Positions 1 through 9,915 of a stretch of DNA of 64,000 bases are shown here, in pieces. Within the stretch, counting starts at the first letter, position 1; each line of letters begins with the position of its first letter. The notes below the pieces were generated by a model, which had not been told where the DNA came from, searched no databases, and saw only the letters and a list, made by a program, of their open reading frames with translations. Source of the DNA: Dehalococcoidia bacterium (GTDB lineage Bacteria; Chloroflexota; Dehalococcoidia; Bin125). A program made the position numbers and the translations under genes. The DNA lies in assembly GCA_022822375.1 (NCBI GenBank), contig JAJEBU010000101.1, positions 5,234 to 69,233 on the forward strand. The letters are read 5' to 3'.

Positions 1-1
1 G

Positions 2-886
2 GAGGCGATCAGTCAGGATTCGGCCGCGATCCAGCGTGCGGCGGCGGGCGCGGCCGCGGTGGAGATCGTGCACAACTTCTCGCTCGTCCACGACGATGTG
101 CAGGACGGTGATGCGGAACGGCGCGGGCGTCCAACGGTCTGGCGTCTGTGGGGAGTGGCGCAGGCGATCAACACGGGTGACCTGATGCGGGAACTGGCCG
201 ACGCGGCGCTGCGCCGTGCGCTGTTGCACGGCGCCGACGCGTCCACCGTGATTGAGGCCGGGCGGCGTCTGAACCGGGCCACCATGCTGATGATTGAGGG
301 ACAGTACCTGGACTTGACCTTCGAGCGGCGTATGGACGTTTCGGTCAGTGAGTACCTCGCGATGGTGGAGCGCAAGACGGGCGCGATGATGGGCGTCTCG
401 CTGGCGATCGGAGCGGTGCTGGCCGGCGCGTCGGAGGCTCAGGCAGACGCGCTCGACCGAGCTGGCACGCGGCTGGGGCGCTGCTTCCAGATGCGCGACG
501 ACTGGCTCGGCATCTGGGCAGATCCGGACGCGCTGGGCAAACCGACCGACGCGGACATTCGCCGCCGCAAGAAGTCCTTTCCAATCCTCTTTGCACTGGA
601 GAACGCGCCCGCTGAGGCTCGTCGGCAGCTGGTTGAGACGTATGAGTCGGTGGCGGACGTTGGCGATGGCGAGAACAATGGCGAGAACGCCGGAAGTCTG
701 CCCGACGCGCAGGTGGACTGGGTCCACCAGTTGCTCGGCGAGGTGGGCGCTGATGACGCGACAGACGCTGCCGCGCGCTTTGAGTACGACGCCTTCCGGC
801 GCGAGCTGTCCGAAGCAGCGCCCCACGAGGCGGCCGTTGCCGACCTGGAAGAACTCGCCCTGTTCACCTTGGAACGCGACCGGTAG
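2..886 (+). CDS. Polyprenyl diphosphate synthase (trans-isoprenyl diphosphate synthase family), 5' truncated by window edge
   Basis: The reading frame is open from window position 2. The first Asp-rich motif 'FSLVHDDVQDGDAERRG' and the second 'FQMRDDWLGIW' are both present. It lies directly upstream of shc, as in hopanoid loci. Confidence 0.85.
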   Translation, partial: EAISQDSAAIQRAAAGAAAVEIVHNFSLVHDDVQDGDAERRGRPTVWRLWGVAQAINTGDLMRELADAALRRALLHGADASTVIEAGRRLNRATMLMIEGQYLDLTFERRMDVSVSEYLAMVERKTGAMMGVSLAIGAVLAGASEAQADALDRAGTRLGRCFQMRDDWLGIWADPDALGKPTDADIRRRKKSFPILFALENAPAEARRQLVETYESVADVGDGENNGENAGSLPDAQVDWVHQLLGEVGADDATDAAARFEYDAFRRELSEAAPHEAAVADLEELALFTLERDR

Positions 887-895
887 CGGCCATCG

Positions 896-2824
896 ATGTC
901 GGACTCTGCAAGCATTCCCGATGCTGACATCGCCCGTGCGCTGCAACGCGCCACGGATTGGTTGATCGATCAGCAGGATCCAGCCGGATTCTGGTGGGGC
1001 GAGCTGGAGTCGAACACCTCGATCACCGCTGAGTACCTGTTGTTGACGCACCACCTCGGGATCGCCGACCGGCGCCAATGGGATGGCATCGCGCGCTACT
1101 TGCGCGGTCGGCAGCGTCCCGAGGGCGACTGGGCGCAGTACTCGGATGGTCCAGGCGACGTGTCGACGTCGGTCGAGAGTTACTTTGCGCTCAAGCTGGC
1201 CGGCGACGACCCGGACTCGCCACACATGACGCGGGCGCGAGAGTGGATTTTGGCGCAAGGCGGCATCGTCGAGGCGCGGGTGTTCACGAAGATTTGGCTG
1301 GCGTTGTTCGGCGAGTTCGACTGGGATCGCCTGCCGGCGATGCCACCGTGGATCAATCTGCTGCCGAACTGGCTGCCGATCAATCTGTATGAGTTCGCGA
1401 GTTGGGCGCGGGCGACCATTGTCGGCATCACGGTGATCATGACCTTGCGTCCGACGGCAGCGCTGCCAGCCGGTGCGGGTGTCGGCGAGCTCTGGGTGAA
1501 ACCATCAGATCGACGACGCTTCGCCGTACCGACTCCGAAGAATCTGTTCTCGTCGGCAGGAGCGTTTCTGATCGTCGACAAGCTGCTGCGGTTGCTCGAC
1601 CGCAACCACATTCGGCCATTCGAGAATCGGGCGCTGGCCTTCTCGGAGCGCTGGCTGCTCGACCGACAGGAGGCGGACGGTTGCTGGGGCGGCATTCAAC
1701 CGCCCTGGGTCTACGCGATCCTGGCGCTGCGGGCGATGGGCTACTCGCTGGACCATCCCGTCATCCGACGCGCGCTGGGCGGGTTCGACCGCTTTACCTG
1801 GAAGCGCGACGAGGCGGACGGCGAGCACGTCTGGACGGAGAGTTGCCAATCGCCCGTCTGGGATACGTGCCTGGCGTCTGTCGGGTTGCTGGATGCCGGC
1901 CTCGATCCGCAGCATCCCGCGTTGCAGTCAGCGGCCCGCTGGATGTTGAACGAGCAGGTGCTCGCTGGCGGCGACTGGCAGGTCAAGAATCCGCAGACGC
2001 CGCCGGGCGGCTGGGCGTTCGAGTTTGACAACGATGTCTACCCGGACGTCGACGACACAGCCGTGGTCTTGATGGCGCTCGAACGCATTCCGATGGACGG
2101 CCTGGAGTCGGAGCGGCAGCTGGCATTGGAGCGGGGGCTGCACTGGATGCTCTCGATGCAGTCGTCGAACGGCGGCTGGGGCGCGTTCGACATCGACAAC
2201 GACAAGACGTTTCTGGCGGACATTCCCTTCGCAGACTTCGGAGAGCTGCTCGATCCACCGACGGCCGACGTGACCGCGCACGCTCTGGAGTACATCGGTC
2301 AGCTGGGCTACCGCGGCGAGTATCCGCCGGCCAGCCGCGGGTTGCGCTTCCTCTATGCGCTGCAGGAGCCTGATGGTTCCTGGTGGGGCCGCTGGGGGGT
2401 GAACTATCTCTATGGGTTGGGCGCGGCGCTGCCGGCAATCGAGGCGTTGGGCGAGCCGATGTCGGCCCCGCCGGTCCGGCGAGCAGTCGAGTGGTTGTTC
2501 CGGCACCAGCTCCCCGACGGCGGCTGGGGCGAGTCCTGCAACACCTATCACGATCCGTCGCTGCGCGGTCTGGGGCCGAGTACGCCGTCCCAGACGGCCT
2601 GGGCGCTGATGGCGCTGATCGCCGCCGGGGAAGCGGCGCACGAGTCGGTCGGACGCGGCATTCGCTACCTGATCGATCGGCAGCGCGAGGATGGCACGTG
2701 GGACGAGACGGAGTTCACGGGAACGGGCTTCCCGCGCGACTTCATGATCAACTATCACCTGTATCGGCACTACTTTCCGCTGATGGCGTTGGGACGCTAC
2801 GCGAAGGCGCTGGCGCCGCGCTGA
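896..2824 (+). CDS. shc: Squalene-hopene cyclase
   Basis: 642 aa. The catalytic 'DVDDTAVV' (DxDDTA) motif is present, with multiple QW repeats ('QxxxGxW'-like) and class II terpene cyclase length. It is adjacent to hpnCDE. Confidence 0.95.
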   Translation: MSDSASIPDADIARALQRATDWLIDQQDPAGFWWGELESNTSITAEYLLLTHHLGIADRRQWDGIARYLRGRQRPEGDWAQYSDGPGDVSTSVESYFALKLAGDDPDSPHMTRAREWILAQGGIVEARVFTKIWLALFGEFDWDRLPAMPPWINLLPNWLPINLYEFASWARATIVGITVIMTLRPTAALPAGAGVGELWVKPSDRRRFAVPTPKNLFSSAGAFLIVDKLLRLLDRNHIRPFENRALAFSERWLLDRQEADGCWGGIQPPWVYAILALRAMGYSLDHPVIRRALGGFDRFTWKRDEADGEHVWTESCQSPVWDTCLASVGLLDAGLDPQHPALQSAARWMLNEQVLAGGDWQVKNPQTPPGGWAFEFDNDVYPDVDDTAVVLMALERIPMDGLESERQLALERGLHWMLSMQSSNGGWGAFDIDNDKTFLADIPFADFGELLDPPTADVTAHALEYIGQLGYRGEYPPASRGLRFLYALQEPDGSWWGRWGVNYLYGLGAALPAIEALGEPMSAPPVRRAVEWLFRHQLPDGGWGESCNTYHDPSLRGLGPSTPSQTAWALMALIAAGEAAHESVGRGIRYLIDRQREDGTWDETEFTGTGFPRDFMINYHLYRHYFPLMALGRYAKALAPR

Positions 2825-2915
2825 CCGCTCTGTCGGCGCGATCCGGCGATCCTCGATTCACAACGGCTACCATGTCAGATCAGTCCTACGAACCGACCAG
2901 AGGAGAGGGGGAGTC

Positions 2916-3596
2916 GTGGTGACGACGCCGCAACAGACCGACATTGAGATGCAGCAGCTCCCGCTCACACTCAACCGCGACGGACGTTCGATCGAATTGC
3001 GCCGCCTGGATGAGTCAGATGGCAACAAGCTGATCGAGTTCGGCAGCCGCCAGCCGAGCGAAGATTTGCTCTACGAGGAGCGAGATATCACCAGCGTCGC
3101 CGATGTCGGCGATTGGCTGCACGACACGGAGGCCGGGCGAATCCGCACGGTGATCGCGGAGGAGAACGGCAAGATCATCGGTTACTCGTCGATCGAGCGC
3201 GGGCGTCTGCGCTGGACGCGGCATGTGGCCGAGATTCGCGTCATGGTTGACAAGGATGTGCGACGGCTGGGATTGGGGCACGTGCTCCTGGGCCTGGCGT
3301 TCGAAGCGGCGCTGTCCGACGATGTGGCCAAGATCATTGCGCAAATGACGCCCAACCAGCTCGGCGCGCGCAAGATCTTCGAGCAGTTGGGCTTTGTTGA
3401 GGACGCGGTGCTGACCCGCCACGTCGCATCGGCCGACGGCGAGCTGCATGATCTGATTGTGATGCGCTTCGACACGGCGCAGCGCCTGATCTGCGCGGAG
3501 TGCGGACAGTATGTCCTGACTCTGATCCCGATGCAGGGCAAGCAGCTGTGCTGGTCGTGCTACGAGATGATGGACCTCGAACTGGGCGCGGGTTAG
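2916..3596 (+). CDS. GNAT family N-acetyltransferase with C-terminal CxxC...CxxC zinc-ribbon-like tail
   Basis: GNAT core ('RRLGLGHVLLGLAF') followed by 'ICAECGQ...CWSCYEMM'. A GAGGAGAGGGGGAG ribosome-binding site precedes the GTG start. Confidence 0.6.
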   Translation: MVTTPQQTDIEMQQLPLTLNRDGRSIELRRLDESDGNKLIEFGSRQPSEDLLYEERDITSVADVGDWLHDTEAGRIRTVIAEENGKIIGYSSIERGRLRWTRHVAEIRVMVDKDVRRLGLGHVLLGLAFEAALSDDVAKIIAQMTPNQLGARKIFEQLGFVEDAVLTRHVASADGELHDLIVMRFDTAQRLICAECGQYVLTLIPMQGKQLCWSCYEMMDLELGAG

Positions 3597-3665
3597 CGTC
3601 GCGCGGCTCGTGAACCGTGGACGCTGAGCCACGCCACCGATAAACAGCGATGTGAGGAGAGCGAT

Positions 3666-3905
3666 ATGTCAGAACACCGCGACCACACCTACAAGATCGT
3701 CGAGCTGGTCGGTTCCTCGCCGGACGGGGTGGATCAGGCGATCCGCAACGCGGTCTCGCGCGCGTCGGAGACGCTGAAGAACCTCGATTGGTTCGAAGTG
3801 CGCGAGATTCGCGGGCCGATCCAGGATGGCGAGATCGGCTGGTTCCAGGTCAAGCTGGGCGTGGGATTCCGGATCCTCGACCCATCTGATCTGGCGGACG
3901 ACTAG
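3666..3905 (+). CDS. Dodecin-family flavin-binding protein
   Basis: 79 aa. 'YKIVELVGSS...WFEV.EIRG...DG.I..FQVKL.VGF' matches the dodecin fold consensus. A GAGGAGAG ribosome-binding site is present. Confidence 0.65.
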   Translation: MSEHRDHTYKIVELVGSSPDGVDQAIRNAVSRASETLKNLDWFEVREIRGPIQDGEIGWFQVKLGVGFRILDPSDLADD

Positions 3906-3937
3906 TCAGATCCGCGCGAGCGAAGAACAGCGCGCTG

Positions 3938-4876
3938 ATGATCCGCGGCCCGGACGCCGGCACAGAGTCGAGCGATGCTGCCTTCGATGGCGGGCCAGAC
4001 GAGGCGCTGAGCTGGTGCGAGCGCTACTCGCGCAAGCACGGCGAGAACTTCACGGTCGTCAGCTGGTTCCTGCCGCGCGAGCTGCGGGCACCGATGTTCG
4101 CGGTCTACGCCTTCTGCCGATTCACTGACAACATCGGCGACGATGCGGGCGCGGACCCAGCCGAGCGCTTGGCGCGGCTCGACGCGTGGCAGGCCGATCT
4201 CGAGTGCGCCTTCGACGAGACACCTCCGCAGCACCCGATCAACGTCGCGTTACAGCACGTCGCACGGTCCAAACCGTTGCATGTCGACCCCTTTCGGCGG
4301 CTGATTGAGGCGAACCGGCTGGACCAACGGCAATCGCGCTATGACACGTTCCAGGACGTGTTGGCCTATTGCGATCTGTCGGCCAATCCAGTCGGCGAAA
4401 TGGTGCTGGCGCTGTGGGACGTCGACACGAGCACTGACGAGGGGCGCTATCGGATCGATCTGTCCAACGCGACCTGCACGGCGTTGCAGCTGTCGAATCA
4501 TTGGCAGGATGTGCGCCGCGATTGGCTGGACGCCGGGCGGCTCTATCTGCCGCTGGAGGATCTGCGCGATTTTGACCTCAGCGAGGACGACATCGGTCAA
4601 GGCATCGAGGATCGTCGTTGCCCCGCCGCCTTCCGCGAGATGATGCGCTTCCAGGTTGACCGCGCTGAGGCCTACTTCCGCAAGGGAGAGCGACTGCTGG
4701 ACGAGGTGCCGGATGAGTTAGCAATCGATCTGCGGCTGTTCACGGACGGCGGGCGCGCGGTGCTGCGGGCGATCGAGCAGCAGGACTACGACACGCTGAC
4801 GCGGCGGCCGCGGGTCAGCAAGCAGACGCGCGCCTGGCTGGCGTTGCGCGCCTTCGTGCAACTCAAACTACTCTGA
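3938..4876 (+). CDS. hpnC: Squalene synthase-like protein HpnC (hydroxysqualene synthase)
   Basis: 'YAFCRFTDNIGDD' Asp-rich motif of the squalene/phytoene synthase family. First of two tandem SQS-like genes before hpnE. Confidence 0.85.
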   Translation: MIRGPDAGTESSDAAFDGGPDEALSWCERYSRKHGENFTVVSWFLPRELRAPMFAVYAFCRFTDNIGDDAGADPAERLARLDAWQADLECAFDETPPQHPINVALQHVARSKPLHVDPFRRLIEANRLDQRQSRYDTFQDVLAYCDLSANPVGEMVLALWDVDTSTDEGRYRIDLSNATCTALQLSNHWQDVRRDWLDAGRLYLPLEDLRDFDLSEDDIGQGIEDRRCPAAFREMMRFQVDRAEAYFRKGERLLDEVPDELAIDLRLFTDGGRAVLRAIEQQDYDTLTRRPRVSKQTRAWLALRAFVQLKLL

Positions 4877-4881
4877 TCGCC

Positions 4882-5802
4882 ATGTCGTTCCTGCGCAGCA
4901 CCATGGACCCTGAGATCGCCGAGGCGTATCGCCGCTGCCAGGCGTTCACGCGCGAGCGGGCGACGAACTTCTATGTGGCGTTTTCAGCGCTGCCGCAGCG
5001 CAAGCGGCTCGCGATCTACGCCGCGTACGCCTTTGCGGGAACGGTCGACGACGCCGTTGACGACGCCGGAACGCAGGACGAACGGTCGGCAGCGCTGAGC
5101 ACTGCTCATGGTCTGCTGCGCGCGTCTTACGAGTCGGGCGGCGAGGGGGCAGAGCCCGTCTGGCTCGCCCGCGGCTTGGCCGATGCCGTTCGCAGCTTCG
5201 ACATTCCGCGTGAACACTTCGAGGAGCTCGTGCGCGGGATGGAACAGGACCTGACCACAACGCGCTATCAGACCTGGGACGATCTGGAGCAATACTGCTA
5301 CCGTGCGGCATCCGTGATTGGCCTGGTCTGCATCTGCATCTTCGGCTACGACCGCACGCGCTCAGCAGCCGCCACTCGGACGGCTGTGGCGATGGGCAAG
5401 GCGCTGCAGATCACGAACATCATGCGCGATGTGAAGGAAGACGCGGAGCGTGGGCGGATCTACATCGCCCAGGATGATCTGGCGCGGCACGGTGTGTCGG
5501 AGGGGAACATCCTCGGCGGCGTGTACGATGCTCCGTTTCGGGCGTTGATGGCCGACTACGCGCAGCGGGCGTACGCGCTGTACCGGGAGGGCAGCGATCT
5601 GATTCCGCTGCTCGACGGACCGCGCAGCCGGGCCTGTTGCAATGGGCTGCAAGGCGTGTATCGGATGATTCTGGACGAGATCGTCGCACGCGACTACGAC
5701 GTGCTGAGCCAGCGCGTGTCGCCGTCGCGCTCGGGTCGCGTGCTGCGCCTGCTGGAGCTGTGGCTGCTCGGCGCGCTGCCGAATCTCACGCGAGTCGGCT
5801 GA
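4882..5802 (+). CDS. hpnD: Squalene synthase-like protein HpnD (presqualene diphosphate synthase)
   Basis: 'YAFAGTVDDAVDD' and 'IMRDVKEDAERGRIY' motifs of the SQS/PSY family. Position between hpnC and hpnE. Confidence 0.85.
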   Translation: MSFLRSTMDPEIAEAYRRCQAFTRERATNFYVAFSALPQRKRLAIYAAYAFAGTVDDAVDDAGTQDERSAALSTAHGLLRASYESGGEGAEPVWLARGLADAVRSFDIPREHFEELVRGMEQDLTTTRYQTWDDLEQYCYRAASVIGLVCICIFGYDRTRSAAATRTAVAMGKALQITNIMRDVKEDAERGRIYIAQDDLARHGVSEGNILGGVYDAPFRALMADYAQRAYALYREGSDLIPLLDGPRSRACCNGLQGVYRMILDEIVARDYDVLSQRVSPSRSGRVLRLLELWLLGALPNLTRVG

Positions 5803-5808
5803 CCAGCG

Positions 5809-7206
5809 GTGACGAGCGGCGCGGCCCCGATCGCAGTCATCGGAGGCGGCTTGGCCGGGCTCACGGCCGCGCTTGACCTCGCCGAAGCGGGCAGCCGCGT
5901 GGCCCTCATCGAGCGCCGACCCTTCGTCGGCGGCAAGGCCTACTCCTTCGACGATCCCAACCATCACATTCAGCTGGACAATGGCCAGCACATCACGATG
6001 CGTTGCTGCACGGCGTTCCAGGCATTGCTGGAACGACTCGGCTGCGCCGACATCGTGCGCTACCAGGACGCCCTGTCAGTCGCAGTGATCGATCCAGAAT
6101 CGGCGGGTCGGCAGGTGAGCGTGCTCGCGCGCGCGGAAGTGGGTTGGTTGGGCCGCCTTGGCCCGCGTCTGTTGCCGGCGCCGCTGCATCTGGCGCCGTC
6201 GCTGACGATGTACGACCACCTGAGCACAGTGGAGAAGGCGAGGCTCGCACTGGCGCTGGAGCCGATTCGCCGCATGAGCGAGTCGGACCGCCGCGCGCTC
6301 GACCGGCAATCGTTCGCCGACTTTCTGCTCGCGCACCAGCAGACGCCGCGGGTCATCGAGCGGTTCTGGGACCTGATCGTCCTGCCCACCTGCAACGACC
6401 GCTCGGCCGACGTGTCGGCGGCGCAGGCGATTCAGGTCTTTCAGGAGGGGTTCAGCCGAGAATCGGCGGCGGCGGACATTGGCAACTTCGTTCGCGGCCT
6501 GGGCGAGGTCGCGGAGACCGCGCTGGCGCGTCTGCGCGAACGCGGCGGCGAGGTTCACCTCAACGCCGCTGCGTCGGCGCTCACGGTTGAGGGCAAGTCG
6601 GTGACCGCGCTCCGTTTCGGGCGCGATCAGGAGCTTGAGGTCAGCGGCGTGGTCGTGGCGCTGCCGCCGAAGCAGGCGATGACATTGATTCCCGCGGGCT
6701 GGCGTCGACGCGAGCCGTTCTGGCGGCTGGGGCAGTTTGAGGTGAGTCCGATCGTCAATGTGCACATGCGCTGGGATCGACCCGTGATGCAGCGGGACTT
6801 CGTGGCCGTGCTGGACGACGATGCTCAGTTCATCTTCAACCGATCAAAACTGCACGGCTGGAGCGACGAGCACTGGATCTCCGTCTCGCTGAGCGGCGCC
6901 CACGAGCTGGCGGCTCTGCCGCAGCCGGAGATCGCAGCGCGGGTTGAGCGCGCCGTCCGACGCGCGCTTCGCCGAACGCAGGACGCCGCGCTGCTGGCCT
7001 CGCGGGTGATCAAGGAGTCTGAAGCCACCTTCCGCCCCAAGCCGGGCATGGCGTCGCACCGACTGCGGGCTCGCACGTCGATTGCCAACCTGTTCCTGGC
7101 GGGGGCCTGGACAGCGACCGGTTGGCCGGCCACGATGGAGTCGGCGGTGCGCAGCGGACACGCAGCGGCCGCGGCGGTCCTGGAGCAGGAGCATTCCCAT
7201 GCCTGA
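5809..7206 (+). CDS. hpnE: FAD-dependent amine-oxidase-like hydroxysqualene dehydroxylase HpnE
   Basis: N-terminal 'IAVIGGGLAGLTAALDLAEAG' dinucleotide-binding motif. 465 aa, directly after hpnD. Confidence 0.85.
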   Translation: MTSGAAPIAVIGGGLAGLTAALDLAEAGSRVALIERRPFVGGKAYSFDDPNHHIQLDNGQHITMRCCTAFQALLERLGCADIVRYQDALSVAVIDPESAGRQVSVLARAEVGWLGRLGPRLLPAPLHLAPSLTMYDHLSTVEKARLALALEPIRRMSESDRRALDRQSFADFLLAHQQTPRVIERFWDLIVLPTCNDRSADVSAAQAIQVFQEGFSRESAAADIGNFVRGLGEVAETALARLRERGGEVHLNAAASALTVEGKSVTALRFGRDQELEVSGVVVALPPKQAMTLIPAGWRRREPFWRLGQFEVSPIVNVHMRWDRPVMQRDFVAVLDDDAQFIFNRSKLHGWSDEHWISVSLSGAHELAALPQPEIAARVERAVRRALRRTQDAALLASRVIKESEATFRPKPGMASHRLRARTSIANLFLAGAWTATGWPATMESAVRSGHAAAAAVLEQEHSHA

Positions 7207-7594
7207 GCGTCAGCGCATCCACTCCAACCCCGAGTTCGAGCGTCGATTCGCGTATTGCCGCGCCATGCGGGTCGGTGATGTGATTCACGTCAGCGGCACG
7301 GCGGCGTCGGAGCCGGACGGCAGCGTCACGCCGGGCGGGATGGGCCCGCAGACGGAGCGATGCCTGAGCATCATCGAGCGCGCGCTCGACGATCTGGGCG
7401 GCGGCATGGCAGATGTCGTTCGCATCCGCATCTACGTCACCGATATCCACCAGTTCGACAGCGTCGCCGAACCGCTGCAGCGCGCGTTTGGGGACTCGCC
7501 GCCGACCTCGACGCTGGTGGAAGTGTCGGCGCTGGTCGATCCGGAGATGCTGGTGGAGATCGAGGCGGAAGCGATCATTGACGCAGCGGACTGA
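7199..7594 (+). CDS. RidA/YjgF (Rid) family protein
   Basis: 131 aa matching the YjgF/chorismate-mutase-like fold ('[12 protein letters not shown]...RIRIYVTD...VEVSALV'). The ATG overlaps the hpnE stop (ATGCCTGA, 8-nt overlap). Confidence 0.7.
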   Translation: MPERQRIHSNPEFERRFAYCRAMRVGDVIHVSGTAASEPDGSVTPGGMGPQTERCLSIIERALDDLGGGMADVVRIRIYVTDIHQFDSVAEPLQRAFGDSPPTSTLVEVSALVDPEMLVEIEAEAIIDAAD

Positions 7595-8093
7595 GCCCGC
7601 GTCGTTCCCGAATCTCATTGGCCGCCGCCCAGAGCTGGGACTCCGAGGCCAGCAGCTTGACCAGTTGATTGCCCGAACAGCCGATCCGCGCGGCGGTGTC
7701 GGCGCTGGAGCCGCCCGACGCGGCGAAGAGGTCCAGGAGCAGCGCAGCGCCGTTCCAGAAGTCGCGGTGTCGGGGGCCGATGCGCTGCTTGGCGGGGACG
7801 TCCGCGCGGATCGAGCGGGGCAAGATTCGTTGCAGGGCCGGCGGCGGGTGATACGCCTCGAGCGAGACAGGCGCCCGCTGTTCCAGGGCCAGGCTGCGAC
7901 GCAGACGCTGTAGGGCCTTGAGTCTGTTCTGGTGCTGCGATCGCCGCTCCGCTGCGTAGCCGACGACGCCTGACGGTTGATGTGTGAGACGCACGGCGGA
8001 GTCGGTCTTGTTGCGATGCTGTCCGCCGGGACCGGAGACGCGGAAGCGCTCGACACGGCACTGAGCCAGCAGGGCGTCGTCGGAGAGGGCCAA
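7575..8093 (-). CDS. GGQ-motif peptidyl-tRNA hydrolase domain protein (ArfB/RF-1 domain family) with C-terminal extension
   Basis: '[24 protein letters not shown]...[16 protein letters not shown]' matches the class-I release-factor catalytic domain. The preferred TTG start at 8093 is preceded by GAGGA and places GGQ about 23 residues from the N-terminus. An upstream ATG at 8159 would overlap the preceding gene by 59 nt. Confidence 0.6.
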   Translation of the reverse strand: MALSDDALLAQCRVERFRVSGPGGQHRNKTDSAVRLTHQPSGVVGYAAERRSQHQNRLKALQRLRRSLALEQRAPVSLEAYHPPPALQRILPRSIRADVPAKQRIGPRHRDFWNGAALLLDLFAASGGSSADTAARIGCSGNQLVKLLASESQLWAAANEIRERRGLSPLRQ

Positions 8094-8100
8094 CCAGTCC

Positions 8101-9861
8101 TCAGAGCCCCTGGACGAGTCGGACGTCGCTCGGTTGTCGGGTGATGACGAAGGAGACATATTGCCAGCCGGAAATGGAGGTGTGACTCACGCTTGACGCT
8201 AGCCGGGTCAGGAGGACGAGGCCGAGGTCCTGCAACTCTTCATCGTCGGCCTGCAAGAGGTCGGGCGGCAGGATCGACTCTTCAACATCGCGTACGTCTG
8301 ATCGGTCGGTGACGACGATCTCGATCTCGTCTTCGTTGGCGGTGGCTTCGATCCGAACGGTGCGATCCGCATCGCCGTTCTCGACGATGTGGGTGAACAG
8401 TTCTTCGAGGCATAACACCAAGCGGTTGGACGGGCCGGGCTCCAGGTTGAAGCCGTTGGAGACATCGCCGCCGAAGGCGAGCACCTGCTCCAGCGATGCC
8501 ATCGACGCCTCGCCGCGCCAGCGGTAGCGTCGGCGCGGCAGCATGGCGAAGATCGCGGACACCAGGACGGCGATGACCGAGCCGAGCGCGATGGCGTTGC
8601 CGGTGATCGGCGTGAGCGCGTCGGGGATGTGCTCGAGGAACGGCAGGGCCAACTCGTCGGCGAACTCACCGCTGAATCCGCCCCAGAATCCGAGCGAGAC
8701 GATCAGCGCCGCTCTGGTGTTGAGTCCTGCGTCGACGACGGTCTGCATGCCGACGACGAAGAGCAGCAGCATGGCGACGAACGAGACGCCGCCAACCGCA
8801 GGTCCAGGTAGATCGAGCACGAAGGCGCTGAGGATCGGGAAGAAGGCCATCACGACCATGAGACCGGCGCCCCAGAGTCCGACCCAACGCGATCCGACGC
8901 CGACAACGGGCACCATGCCGATCGGGGAGGAGTAGGTCGTGTTGGGCGTGCTGCAGAACAAGCCGGCGAGCGCGTTACCGACGCCATCGGCGTTCAACGC
9001 GCCACGCACGGCGTCGTAATCGATCCGCCGGAAGTCGCGCAGGGAGACCTTCTGGATGGCGATCGCGTCGCCGACGGTCTCGAACGTGCCGGCCAGGGTG
9101 GCGATCACGAACGCGCCGAGCACGGCGAACGCCTCGCCTGAGACGGGGAATGTGGGCGCCTCCCATTCGCTGATCGGGAAGCCGACGATGGCCGCGTCCC
9201 CGGATTGGCTGAAGGACCAGTCGCCGCTGATCGCGGCGACGATGCAACCGGCGGCCAAGCCCGCGATCGGCGACCAGAGTCGGTAGCGGGCGGGCGCGAC
9301 GACCATCATCGTGACCATGACAAGAACGGAGACGCCGCCGATCAGGAGGTACGCCAGCGATCCAGCCCGCTCGGTTCCAGCGCCGTTCCACTGCTGAATC
9401 GTGAGCGGGACGATCGTGACCGCCACGCACATGACCACGACACCGCCGACCGTGGGTGTGAAGACGTTGCGAAAGAAGCGAAAGAAGCGGGCGATCAGCA
9501 TCTCTGTCGGCGCAGCTATCAGGGCCAGCGCGGCGACGAATCCGATACCCGCGAGTTCGATCGCGTCGAAGGTGGCCGCGAAGAATGCGCCCGATGTGCC
9601 CATGAACAGCATGAAGCCGGAGCCGACAGCGCCGATGCGGATCGCCTGCACGGCGGTCGACAGTCCGGCCGTGAGCAATGAGGCTGAGATCAGGAACGCC
9701 GCCTCGCCGGCGGTGATCACGTCGGCCGCCCGCAACAGAATCGGCAGCAAGATCGCGCCGGAGATGACGAACAGGGCGTTCTGCAGTCCGAGCCCAGCGC
9801 CGATCAGCAGGGGAGGGCGCTCGTTGACGTCGTAGCGCAGCGCGTGCCCCTGTTGGCTCAT
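8101..9861 (-). CDS. NCS2-family nucleobase (xanthine/uracil-type) permease fused to a C-terminal GHKL/RsbW-like ATPase domain
   Basis: 586 aa, hydrophobic N-terminal 440 aa with the NCS2 signature '[33 protein letters not shown]'. The C-terminal 140 aa '[14 protein letters not shown]...[12 protein letters not shown]...[16 protein letters not shown]' resembles anti-sigma-factor GHKL domains. Confidence 0.6.
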   Translation of the reverse strand: MSQQGHALRYDVNERPPLLIGAGLGLQNALFVISGAILLPILLRAADVITAGEAAFLISASLLTAGLSTAVQAIRIGAVGSGFMLFMGTSGAFFAATFDAIELAGIGFVAALALIAAPTEMLIARFFRFFRNVFTPTVGGVVVMCVAVTIVPLTIQQWNGAGTERAGSLAYLLIGGVSVLVMVTMMVVAPARYRLWSPIAGLAAGCIVAAISGDWSFSQSGDAAIVGFPISEWEAPTFPVSGEAFAVLGAFVIATLAGTFETVGDAIAIQKVSLRDFRRIDYDAVRGALNADGVGNALAGLFCSTPNTTYSSPIGMVPVVGVGSRWVGLWGAGLMVVMAFFPILSAFVLDLPGPAVGGVSFVAMLLLFVVGMQTVVDAGLNTRAALIVSLGFWGGFSGEFADELALPFLEHIPDALTPITGNAIALGSVIAVLVSAIFAMLPRRRYRWRGEASMASLEQVLAFGGDVSNGFNLEPGPSNRLVLCLEELFTHIVENGDADRTVRIEATANEDEIEIVVTDRSDVRDVEESILPPDLLQADDEELQDLGLVLLTRLASSVSHTSISGWQYVSFVITRQPSDVRLVQGL

Positions 9862-9915
9862 GGCGCGCTTAGTCTATCGGTAGCGTCAGCGAGCGAGGAG
9901 GAGTTGGACCACAGC

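Noticed and set aside
9844-9915. Upstream in-frame start for the alpha/beta hydrolase at 9844
   Set aside because: It would overlap the divergent permease start, and a strong GAGGAGGAG ribosome-binding site precedes the internal ATG at 9916, giving a typical hydrolase N-terminus.
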